The position numbers and the translations under genes were made by a program. From an uncultured delta proteobacterium (GTDB lineage: Bacteria > Desulfobacterota > Binatia > UBA9968), in the NCBI GenBank assembly GCA_963816145.1, contig CAWFJP010000013.1, forward strand, positions 32,001-96,000: a stretch of DNA of 64,000 bases. The letters are read 5' to 3'. The notes beneath the pieces were generated by a model. It did no database searches. It saw nothing but the letters and a program-made list of their open reading frames with translations, and was not told the DNA's origin. The stretch's first letter is position 1; each line of letters starts with the position of its first letter. This document shows positions 19,549-27,862 of the stretch, one piece after another.

Positions 19549-20799
19549 TTACGCCCTAGCCAGCAGCGCCTGGAAGTCTTCGGGGAAAAGCTTGAGGGCG
19601 CTTTCAATCGGTGGACCCGGCATGGCGATCAGGTTGCAGAACCCTTTGCCTTTGTTGAAGGCGAGCAGTTTGCCGAACTGTTCGAGCATGGCAGCATTGC
19701 CTTGCCTTTGCTGAACTCTTTTCATCAGCATCGCAAGGCTCTTGGTCTCCATCTGACACGCCGGACATTGGCCGCAAGACTCGGTGGCGAAAAATTCGGT
19801 GATGCGCACTAGCTCATCGACAATGGAATCACCCTCGCGGACGATATGGACGACACCGCAGCCAAGCATGGAGCCGGCTTCGCGCATGGCGTTGGGTTCC
19901 AGCGGTGTATCGATCTTGTCCGCGGGCAGGTAGGCGGACGACGGCGAACCCGGCATGATCGCCTTGATCTTTTTGCCATCCTTCAGGCCGCCGCCGCATT
20001 CTTCAATCAGATGGCGCAGCGGTGTGCCGAAGGGGAGCTCATAGATGCCGGGACGTTTGACGTCCTCGGTTTCGTTGAGTGAGAACAGCATGGTGCCGGG
20101 ACAATCTTTGGTGCCGAAGCCGCGGTACCAATCGGCGCCCTTAAACAAGATGCGCGGCACGTTGGTTAGGGTCTCGACGTTGTTTACCGAGGTCGGTTTG
20201 CCGAACAGGCCGACGGTGACGGGAAACGGCGGTTTTTGCCGTGGCAGCGGCTTCTTGCCTTCGATGACTTCGAGCACCGCGGTGTCTTCGCCGGCGACAT
20301 AGTTATGCGGCGCGGCGATGATCTCGATGTCGAGGTCGTAGCTGCCGCCAAGAATTTTTTGACCCCAGTAACCGGCCGCTTTGGCTTCGCGCAAAGCATC
20401 ATTGACGCTTTGGATCGCCGTTTCGTACTTCGCGTTGATGTAAAGATAGGCTTTGGCTGCGCCGATGGCGTAGGAGCCGAGCACTGTGCCTTCGATGACT
20501 AAATGCGGCAAGTTCTCCAGCAGCACCCGGTCCTTTCGGCTGCCCGGTTCGTCTTCGCCGCCATTCATCACCAAATAATGCGGCTGCTCAGGAGCCTCGC
20601 GGGTGAACTGCCATTTTTTCCCCGTGGGAAAGCCCGCGCCGCCATGGCCGCGCAATCCTGCGTCAGAAATAACCTGAATGACGTCCTCAGGGGTTACCTG
20701 AAGCGCTTTGGCTAGCGCTTCATAACCGCCGCGGGCCTGATACTCTTTCAGTCCTTCGCGGCCTTCTACCACGCCCTTGGGGAAAAGGATGCCGTCCAT
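19549..20799 (-). CDS. Stand-alone NuoF-like NAD(P)H-oxidising FMN/[4Fe-4S] protein
   Basis: GLRGHGGAGFPTGKKW, NGGEDEPGSRKDR, YVAGEDTA, NNVETL and the N3 cluster motif ESCGQCPAC...GFC. No other nuo genes adjacent. Confidence 0.92.
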   Translation of the reverse strand: MDGILFPKGVVEGREGLKEYQARGGYEALAKALQVTPEDVIQVISDAGLRGHGGAGFPTGKKWQFTREAPEQPHYLVMNGGEDEPGSRKDRVLLENLPHLVIEGTVLGSYAIGAAKAYLYINAKYETAIQSVNDALREAKAAGYWGQKILGGSYDLDIEIIAAPHNYVAGEDTAVLEVIEGKKPLPRQKPPFPVTVGLFGKPTSVNNVETLTNVPRILFKGADWYRGFGTKDCPGTMLFSLNETEDVKRPGIYELPFGTPLRHLIEECGGGLKDGKKIKAIMPGSPSSAYLPADKIDTPLEPNAMREAGSMLGCGVVHIVREGDSIVDELVRITEFFATESCGQCPACQMETKSLAMLMKRVQQRQGNAAMLEQFGKLLAFNKGKGFCNLIAMPGPPIESALKLFPEDFQALLARA

Positions 20800-20803
20800 C
20801 GGC

Positions 20804-21133
20804 TTAGAAAACCCCCGTATCGAGTAGTTGGTAGATCAATTCCTTCAAAGACGAATCGATGGTGTCCAAGCGCTGCACATGGGGACCGCCGGCGAGGTGC
20901 GCGACGATGTCGTCGAGATCTTCGCTTTTGACATGAGCATACCAGTTCTTTTCAGGATAAATGACCACGTTGGGCCCTTCTTGGCAGGCACCAAAACACA
21001 TGTACGGTTTGACATCGACATCGGTCAGCCCTTTGGCGGTAATTTTTTGTTGCAACTCCACCGCCAACTGCTCCGACCCCCGGGCCTTGCAATCGATATT
21101 CTGACAAACGAGACAGCTTTGACTCACGGGCAT
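20804..21133 (-). CDS. Thioredoxin-like [2Fe-2S] ferredoxin (NuoE C-domain-like)
   Basis: 109 aa. CQNIDC...CFGACQEGPNVVIYP (CX4C...CX3C); RBS AAGGAG; ends 4 nt before the NuoF-like start. Confidence 0.9.
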   Translation of the reverse strand: MPVSQSCLVCQNIDCKARGSEQLAVELQQKITAKGLTDVDVKPYMCFGACQEGPNVVIYPEKNWYAHVKSEDLDDIVAHLAGGPHVQRLDTIDSSLKELIYQLLDTGVF

Positions 21134-21190
21134 CTCCTTCGGTCCTACTTACTAATGCTCGATTCGATATGCAACAGCTGAATTTGAAAC

Positions 21191-22297
21191 TCAATTCAAT
21201 TGCATTTGCGAGACCCAGTCTTTGCCCTTGATGATATCGGCGAGGATTTTTTCGTCTTCGGCATTCGGAAGCGCGTCATAGAGGTGCTTCTGATAGTCTT
21301 CTGCGCTGAGCAGCTCGCCGGTAACGCTATAGGTCTTGCCGACATGTTCGCCGATGGAGCGGTTGAATTTTAAGTCGGGCGCCTTCAGCTTGGTCTCTCC
21401 GTCCGGCACCAGTTGATTGAGCTGGTCGATCAATTGCTGCGATTCTTTCATGTAATGTTCGCGGGCGACATCGTTGAGCTTGTCTTTCTCCGCCGGCACG
21501 GTCGCGCTGTGTTCGTCGTAGCGGCCTTTGATGCCCCAGGTGTAGGCCCAGTGGGCCGACGATGAGTGGTCCGTGCCGAAAAGATCGTAAGCGGTGGAAA
21601 GCCACTTGTTAAAATATTTCTGCACGATCGGCACGGGAATTTTTTTGGCCCTGAGCACCCGAGTCAGCCCGGTGTGTCCGGTGAACATATGAAAATGCTC
21701 TTCTTTGAGCATCGCCGTGACGCTTTCGGCGAGCGGGGCGAAGGACGAGTGGCTCAGCATGGTTAACTGATATTTGCCGTCGCGATCGACGAATTCCGTG
21801 TAGGTGAAAAAGTCGAGCCAGTTGTTCACCGGCGCGTTGAACGAGCCGAGCAGCCGGTCGCCCCGAAAGGCGCGGCGTTCGAGCATTTTGCGCGCTTCAA
21901 GCTTGCCGGAATCGCCGAAGTAGTTCACCAGCAGGTAACACATCTGCCAGCCATGGCGCATTTCTTCGCTGTTGACCCGAGTCAGAGCTTTACGGTCGTA
22001 TTCGGTGGGCGCAGTATCGAGGAGGTTTTTTTGCTGCTCGACGGAAGCGAATTCGGTATCGCCCTGGTAGACTATGAGATTCATCAAGGCATCGCGAATC
22101 GATTGATTGGGGATTTGGCCAACTCGCTGCCATTTCTGCTGGCCTTTGAAATCGCCAAACTCGATCTCGGGGGAATGGAGCTCGCCCAGTTTGGTTTCGA
22201 ACTTATAGCCGTCGAGCAGTGCCGCATCGTAGCCGATGTCTTTTTGCCACTGATGGAAATAGTCGATCCAGTCATCGAAAGTTGAGATTTTGATCAT
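21191..22297 (-). CDS. BoxB-like di-iron aryl-CoA epoxidase (PaaA/PaaC/BoxB family), short form
   Basis: 368 aa; ATG after AAAGGA. QGDTEFASVEQQ, TAPTEYD, EEMRH, DRDGKYQL, SSFAPLA, EEHFHMFTG, DLFG and WGIKGR match BoxB-type motifs and di-iron ligands. Confidence 0.85.
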   Translation of the reverse strand: MIKISTFDDWIDYFHQWQKDIGYDAALLDGYKFETKLGELHSPEIEFGDFKGQQKWQRVGQIPNQSIRDALMNLIVYQGDTEFASVEQQKNLLDTAPTEYDRKALTRVNSEEMRHGWQMCYLLVNYFGDSGKLEARKMLERRAFRGDRLLGSFNAPVNNWLDFFTYTEFVDRDGKYQLTMLSHSSFAPLAESVTAMLKEEHFHMFTGHTGLTRVLRAKKIPVPIVQKYFNKWLSTAYDLFGTDHSSSAHWAYTWGIKGRYDEHSATVPAEKDKLNDVAREHYMKESQQLIDQLNQLVPDGETKLKAPDLKFNRSIGEHVGKTYSVTGELLSAEDYQKHLYDALPNAEDEKILADIIKGKDWVSQMQLN

Positions 22298-22319
22298 GGA
22301 GGGTCCTTTCAATAGGGCA

Positions 22320-22337
22320 TTCGAACGATCGTTCGAA
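22320..22337. promoter_or_regulatory. Perfect 18-bp palindrome, putative TetR/PaaR-type operator
   Basis: TTCGAACGATCGTTCGAA is self-complementary and its core fits CNAACGNNCGTTNG. Lies between the -10 box and the RBS of the BoxB-like gene. Confidence 0.7.
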
Positions 22338-22340
22338 AGA

Positions 22341-22369
22341 TTTATAGCGGGTTGCCGGGAGGAAATCAA
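22341..22369 (-). promoter_or_regulatory. Putative sigma-70 promoter of the BoxB-like operon
   Basis: Minus strand TTGATT (22369-64), 17-nt spacer, TATAAA (22346-41). Confidence 0.55.
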
Positions 22370-22423
22370 CTGCCCGGCGGCGTTCGGACGGAGGTGGGCT
22401 CTAGGCGCGCGGCGGTTCTCCGC

Positions 22424-24823
22424 CTAGCGATACATTTCCAACAGCTCGACCATTTCCAGCTGGCGAATTTGCTCAAACAGATAGCGCTTGATTTCGCCGA
22501 CGGTATCCATGCCAAGGACGATCTGCGCCGTCGCTTGGGCGGACTGATAACTGATGGACCGAATGGCCTTTTTAATCACGGGAAGATACAGCGCGCCCAT
22601 GCTGAACTCTTCTAAGCCCATGCCGAGGAGCACCAAGGCGCACAGCGGGTCACCGGCCATCTCACCGCACATGCTGACGCGTTTGCCAACTTTCTTGCCA
22701 GCAGCGATGGTTGTGTTGAGTGCGGAAAGAACGGCTGGATGCAGCGGTTCATAAAGATTGGCGACTTTGCGGTTACTACGGTCGACGGCCAGGAGGTACT
22801 GGATGAGATCGTTGGTGCCAATACTTAAAAAGTCGACTTCACGCAGAAACCGATCTGCCAATTGCACCGCGGCCGGCACCTCAACCATGATGCCGAGCTC
22901 CATCTGCCGGTCGTAGGGGGCGCCTTCGCGTTCCAATTCAGCTTTGGCCTCGGTTAGCAGGTCTTTGACTTTTTGAATCTCTTCGAGACTGGAAATCATC
23001 GGCACGAGCATGCGCACCAGCCCGAGATCGCCGACGCGTAGAATAGCCCGCAACTGGGTTTTGAAAATTTCTTCAACTTCTAGCGAGATGCGGATCGAGC
23101 GCCAACCCAAAAAGGGATTGGGCTCGGTAGCGACATTGCGCATGTAGGTTGGATATTTGTCGGCGCCGATATCGAGCGTGCGAATGGTGACCGGCTTATT
23201 CATCATGCCTTCGACGACGCGCTTATAAAGCGCGTATTGCTCTTCTTCACTGGGGAAATCACGGTGCGATAAAAAGGGGATCTCGGTGCGGTATAGGCCG
23301 ATGCCCTGGGCGCCATGGAAATGCGCGAAGGCGACATCGCTTAATAGCCCGACGTTGGCGTAGAGCGAGACGCGGTGGCCGTCAGTCGTTTGCGCGGGAA
23401 GATCTTTAAGTTCGCCGAGTTCACGATTGAGATCCGCGTAATCGCGTTCCAAACGATCGTATTCGCGGATCACCTCGGCGTTTGGGTTGACGTGCACGCT
23501 GCCGGCGTTGCCGTCGACGATCAGTAAATCGCCCTGGTGGACCTTTTCCATCAGATCTTCGACCGCAACGATGCTGGGAATCTCAAATGACTTGGCCAAT
23601 ATCGAGGCATGGGAGGTGACGCCGCCGGTGGCTAGGACAATACCCTTAAACTTGTCGCCTTCGAGCATGCTCAAGTCGGCGGGTGAAAGATCCTGCGCCA
23701 CCAAAATAGCGTCGTCCGGCACATCGTAGGGTTGCCCGTCGCCGCCGGAAAGTGTTTCTAACAACCGCTGCGCGGCGTCTTTGACGTCGGAGGTCCGTTC
23801 GCGCAGGTAGCTATTGTCGATCTTGGCGATGGATTCCATGTAACGTTCGAAGACCACCCGGACGGCATATTCCGCGACATAGCTGCCTTTGCGAATCTGT
23901 TGTTCGATCTGGTGAATGATCTGCGGATCCTCGAAAATCAGCCGATAGACGTCGAATATCGCACCTTCCTCGGCGGAAATCAGGCTGCTCATGCGCCGCT
24001 TGACGACGTCGATCTGGTCGATGCCGCGCTCCACCGCGCCGCGAAAGCGCTCGATCTCATGCCGGGGATTGCGCGATTTTTTCTTCTTGATCGCGTTCAG
24101 TTCCATGCGCGGCTCAAGGACAAAGGCTCGCCCGCGGCCAAAGCCCGGCGATGCCGCCAGGCCGGTCACGCGCCCGCGCCATCTCTGTTTGACCTTTGTC
24201 GTTGGTTCCGGCGGAGCGCCTTCATAGGAGCGCAGCTTGCGCATCGCCTCGTTCATGCGCTTCTGATATTCCTTGCGCTCCTCTTCCTTGGAGCGCAGGT
24301 TGTCGGTGAGCCGGGCCTGGAGGATGATACTGGCCGCCTGGCCCGAGATCGTCGTCAATAGGCGAATCTCATCACGGGAAAACTCGCGCCGGCGGGAAGT
24401 TTGCACCACAAGCACGCCGAGCGGCGTTTTCTTATCGAACAGCGGTACGCCGAGGAACGAGTGGAAATGCTCTTCGTGGGTTTCAGGAAAGTATTTGTAG
24501 CGCTTGTGTGCCAGGGCATCGACGACCATCACCGGCTTCATTTGCTCGATGACTAGACCGGTCAAACCTTCGCTGGTGCCCATGGATACTCTACCGACCG
24601 ACTCGGGATCGAGTCCCATGGTCGCGCAAAGGGTCAGGCGATTCTTCTTGGCATCGAAGATATACAGCGAGCACACTTCAGTCTGCATCCGTTCGGCAAC
24701 CGTGGCGACCAGCCGGTCTAAGGTTTCTTGCAGGTCGTGCGAATGGCTTATCAGTGTGCTGATGTCCGCGAGTATACCCAGGTGGGGGTGGGTAGTGCGG
24801 GCGATCTTGGTGTTTTTTGCCAT
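22424..24823 (-). CDS. ptsP: PEP-protein phosphotransferase with N-terminal GAF domain (enzyme I-Ntr)
   Basis: 799 aa. GAF domain (EVCSLY...EGLTGLV...SFLGVPL), TSHASIL phospho-His, GIGLYRTE, RTLDIGADK, FLSIGTNDL, MCGEMAG. Confidence 0.95.
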   Translation of the reverse strand: MAKNTKIARTTHPHLGILADISTLISHSHDLQETLDRLVATVAERMQTEVCSLYIFDAKKNRLTLCATMGLDPESVGRVSMGTSEGLTGLVIEQMKPVMVVDALAHKRYKYFPETHEEHFHSFLGVPLFDKKTPLGVLVVQTSRRREFSRDEIRLLTTISGQAASIILQARLTDNLRSKEEERKEYQKRMNEAMRKLRSYEGAPPEPTTKVKQRWRGRVTGLAASPGFGRGRAFVLEPRMELNAIKKKKSRNPRHEIERFRGAVERGIDQIDVVKRRMSSLISAEEGAIFDVYRLIFEDPQIIHQIEQQIRKGSYVAEYAVRVVFERYMESIAKIDNSYLRERTSDVKDAAQRLLETLSGGDGQPYDVPDDAILVAQDLSPADLSMLEGDKFKGIVLATGGVTSHASILAKSFEIPSIVAVEDLMEKVHQGDLLIVDGNAGSVHVNPNAEVIREYDRLERDYADLNRELGELKDLPAQTTDGHRVSLYANVGLLSDVAFAHFHGAQGIGLYRTEIPFLSHRDFPSEEEQYALYKRVVEGMMNKPVTIRTLDIGADKYPTYMRNVATEPNPFLGWRSIRISLEVEEIFKTQLRAILRVGDLGLVRMLVPMISSLEEIQKVKDLLTEAKAELEREGAPYDRQMELGIMVEVPAAVQLADRFLREVDFLSIGTNDLIQYLLAVDRSNRKVANLYEPLHPAVLSALNTTIAAGKKVGKRVSMCGEMAGDPLCALVLLGMGLEEFSMGALYLPVIKKAIRSISYQSAQATAQIVLGMDTVGEIKRYLFEQIRQLEMVELLEMYR

Positions 24824-24968
24824 GGTTGTTGATTATAGACGAAGATAGAGTTTTCTATAAAACATAAATTTTGCGGATTCGCCAGGTAGCCCAGCGTCGT
24901 TGGAGCGCGGCAAGCCGCCGTTTACCGGCGGAAACTACATTTTTATCCCACTATGATATATTGACCCC

Positions 24969-25379
24969 ATGAGTCAGATCGCCGGTTTGCGAGGCATGCG
25001 CCATATCGCGCTCAAAGCGCGCGACGTGGTACGGGCGAAAAGATTTTACCAAGAAGTGCTCGGCATGAAAGTGGTCTGGGAGCCGGACGACAAGAATGTC
25101 TATCTATCATCCGGGTGTGACAACCTGGCGATCCACGAAGTTGCCGAGGGCTTTGCGCAGTCCGCTGAGGAAAGACAGCTCGATCATCTTGGCTTCATCG
25201 TCGAGAGCGTCGAGCGAGTGCGCGAGTTGGAGCAGGAATTCGTCGGTCAAGGGGTCACGATCGTCCATCCGTTCAAGATCCATCGTGACGGCAGCGCATC
25301 GTTTTATTGCGCCGATCCGGATGGCATTGTCATTCAAATGCTCTACGAGCCAACCTTGAGTTCACAGAATATTAGCTGA
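24969..25379 (+). CDS. VOC/glyoxalase family protein
   Basis: MRHIAL...FYQEVLGM, LDHLGF, FYCADPDGIVIQM. Confidence 0.88.
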   Translation: MSQIAGLRGMRHIALKARDVVRAKRFYQEVLGMKVVWEPDDKNVYLSSGCDNLAIHEVAEGFAQSAEERQLDHLGFIVESVERVRELEQEFVGQGVTIVHPFKIHRDGSASFYCADPDGIVIQMLYEPTLSSQNIS

Positions 25380-25386
25380 GGGTCTT

Positions 25387-26751
25387 ATGCTTTACGAATC
25401 CGAACGGGGCGATTTTTCGCTGATGTTGTTGGGCGATGTCATGCCGACGCGGCGCTTGGCGGTATTCGGCGAGGAGCGTTACTTAAAACTGCGCGAAATT
25501 TGCGTCAGCGCCGACGCGACTTTCGCCAACTTGGAAACCGCCGTGCATCGTTACCTCGATGGGCACCAGAACATCAGCGGCGGTACTTACATGACGACGG
25601 AGCCGCAGCTGCTTGAAGACTTAAAGTGGTTGGGCGTCAGTCTGGTTTCGACCGCCAACAATCATGCCTTCGATTACGGCGAAGATGGGATCATGGCCAC
25701 TTGCGGTTATTTGGACAGCGCCGGCATCGTGCACGCGGGCACCGGCAGACATTTGCGTGAGGCGCGCGCGCCGGCCTATCTCGATACGAAACGCGGCCGG
25801 GTCGCCTTGATCGGCGTGACGGCGACCATGCCCGGCCACGCCGTCGCCGGCGCGCAGCGGCCGGACACGCCGGGACGAGCCGGCGTCAACCCTCTGCGCC
25901 ACAGCTTAACTCACGTCGTCGACCAGCGCGGCCTCGATGAACTACGTCGATTGGGCACGGCGCTGGGTTATGACGCGGCGCGCACGCGGCGTATTAATCT
26001 CGGCGACGCTCACTCGCGCGTCGGCGTGCAGAGCGCGAGCGAATACAGTTTTGCCAACATGCGCTTTGAAAAAGGCGAAAGCTTCGGCCTACGCACGGTC
26101 GGACATAAGCGCGATGTCGAGGAAAATCTCCAACAGATCAAAGAAGCGCGACGCATGTCCGATTGGGTGGTGGTGAGTTTACATTGCCACGAGATTGGCG
26201 GGGACAAATTGTTGACCGCGGCGCATCGAAGCGAGATTGACGAGTTGGCCGATTTCGCCGTCGACTTCGCCCATCGCGCGATTGAGGCGGGGGCGGATAT
26301 TTTTGTCGGGCACGGACCGCAGGAGCCTTTTGGCATCGAGGTTTATCAAGGCCGACCGATTTTCCACAGCTTGGGGACGACGATCTTCGAACTCGAAACA
26401 CCTCGCTATCTCGCCGACGAAGCCTACGCGCGCTACGGGCTCGGCGGCGACGCGGGCCCGGCCGACTTCGCCGACGTGCGTTATCAAAACGATCGTGTTG
26501 GCCATCCCGCCGATGCGAACTACTGGAAGCAGGTGGTTGCCAAGTGCGAATTCAAGGCGCGAAAACTCGTGCGCGTCGATCTCTATCCCTTGGATCTCGG
26601 TTTCGGCAAACCGCGCTGGCAACGTGGCCGGCCGCTGTTGGCAGATGAAAAACTAGGACGAGAAATCATCGACAAAGTCGCCGGCTTGTCGCGGCGCCAT
26701 GGCACCGAGGTCAAGTGGCGGGACGGCTGCGGCGTGATCTTGTTTGATTGA
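25387..26751 (+). CDS. CapA/PGA_cap family metallophosphoesterase-like protein
   Basis: GDVM, ANLE, STANNHAFDYG, VSLHCHE, GADIFVGHGP, PIFHSLG motifs. Confidence 0.9.
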   Translation: MLYESERGDFSLMLLGDVMPTRRLAVFGEERYLKLREICVSADATFANLETAVHRYLDGHQNISGGTYMTTEPQLLEDLKWLGVSLVSTANNHAFDYGEDGIMATCGYLDSAGIVHAGTGRHLREARAPAYLDTKRGRVALIGVTATMPGHAVAGAQRPDTPGRAGVNPLRHSLTHVVDQRGLDELRRLGTALGYDAARTRRINLGDAHSRVGVQSASEYSFANMRFEKGESFGLRTVGHKRDVEENLQQIKEARRMSDWVVVSLHCHEIGGDKLLTAAHRSEIDELADFAVDFAHRAIEAGADIFVGHGPQEPFGIEVYQGRPIFHSLGTTIFELETPRYLADEAYARYGLGGDAGPADFADVRYQNDRVGHPADANYWKQVVAKCEFKARKLVRVDLYPLDLGFGKPRWQRGRPLLADEKLGREIIDKVAGLSRRHGTEVKWRDGCGVILFD

Positions 26752-26776
26752 GCTGCGCTCGGAGGAAAGATAACGG

Positions 26777-27610
26777 CTACTTTTTTCTGAGCTTGGGATT
26801 GAGCACGTCGTTGATCCCGTCGCCGAACAAATTGATGCACAGCACGAGCAGAGAAATCGCCAAGCCGGGAAACAGCGCCAGCCAGACCGATGCGCTGATC
26901 CGTTCCTGAGCTTCGCTCAACAGCGAGCCCCAGCTGATCAGGTTGGGGTCGCCTAAACCGAGAAAACTCAATCCCGCCTCTAAGAGAATCGCCCGCGCGA
27001 CTAAAATCGACGCCACTACCACCGCCGGCGGAATCGCATTGGGGAGAATTTCCCGAAAAATAACTTTCGCATGGCTGGCGCCGATGGCGCGGGCGGCGAC
27101 AACGAATTCGCGCTCGCGAAAGGTGAGAAATTGTGCGCGCACGACTCGGGCGACTTCCGGCCAGCCCAGAATGCCGATGACGAGGATAATTTTTTCGATG
27201 CCGGTACCGAGCATGGCGACGACTAACAGAGCGAGAAAAAATCGCGGCACGACCAAGACGTATTCAGTCACGCGCATCAAGACGATATCGGTACGGCCGC
27301 CAAAATAACCGGACAGCGAACCGATCAGGATGCCGAGCGCCATCGACGCAGCGGTGGCGAGAAAACCAACCAGCAGCGGCACCCTGCTGCCATGGATCAC
27401 CCGGCTCAAGGTGTCGCGGCCGAGATCGTCGGTGCCCATCCAGTGATCGCCGCGCGGCGCGATCAGAGTCTCGTCGCCTAGGGCGAAGGGATCGTACGGT
27501 GAGAGCCGGTAGGCCAGCGCCGCAGCTAAGACGAAGCCGATGATTAGATACAGACTCAACTCCGCCGCGCGGTTTCTGCGAAACTGTTGCCAGAGTTGGC
27601 GCCAAGACAT
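26777..27610 (-). CDS. Peptide/nickel ABC transporter permease (DppC-like)
   Basis: HWMGTDDLGRD, EAA-like loop FVVAARAIGAS, EAGLSFLGLG. Confidence 0.93.
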   Translation of the reverse strand: MSWRQLWQQFRRNRAAELSLYLIIGFVLAAALAYRLSPYDPFALGDETLIAPRGDHWMGTDDLGRDTLSRVIHGSRVPLLVGFLATAASMALGILIGSLSGYFGGRTDIVLMRVTEYVLVVPRFFLALLVVAMLGTGIEKIILVIGILGWPEVARVVRAQFLTFREREFVVAARAIGASHAKVIFREILPNAIPPAVVVASILVARAILLEAGLSFLGLGDPNLISWGSLLSEAQERISASVWLALFPGLAISLLVLCINLFGDGINDVLNPKLRKK

Positions 27611-27644
27611 GGTGGGTTAGCCTGGTTTAATCGCGGTGAAGCAG

Positions 27645-27818
27645 CGATCGAGGTGTGCCCCGCCCGTAACGAAGGCAAAGCAGTCGTGCCTTGAAGAGGC
27701 AAGCGGGCAATTTGCTCATGAGATTAGCTGCGAGAAGATCGATCATCCTGCCAACTCCCAGCAGGAAATGAAACATTCGCGTCGGCGCCTTCGTTCCTCC
27801 AGAGTCACACCTCGATCG
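27645..27818. mobile_element. 174-bp element bounded by bipartite 32-bp inverted repeats (MITE-like or structured RNA)
   Basis: CGATCGAGGTGTG-N10-AACGAAGGC (27645-76) mirrored by GCCTTCGTT-N10-CACACCTCGATCG (27787-818). Separates dppB-like and dppC-like genes. Confidence 0.5.
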
Positions 27819-27862
27819 ACAGAGTGCTGTTTGGTTTCCTCGTAACATAATCCGGGCTGATC

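Noticed and set aside
19549-21133. Reading the NuoF-like and ferredoxin genes as a complex I, hydrogenase or formate dehydrogenase operon
   Set aside because: No nuoG, membrane subunits or catalytic subunits nearby; the unit is bounded by a terminator and the BoxB-like gene.
21191-22297. Calling the di-iron protein canonical boxB, paaA or ribonucleotide reductase R2
   Set aside because: Motifs are BoxB-like, but it is shorter and lacks boxA/boxC or paaBCDE neighbours, so no gene symbol is assigned.
25387-26751. Poly-gamma-glutamate capsule locus
   Set aside because: Only a CapA-family domain is present; no capB, capC or capD.
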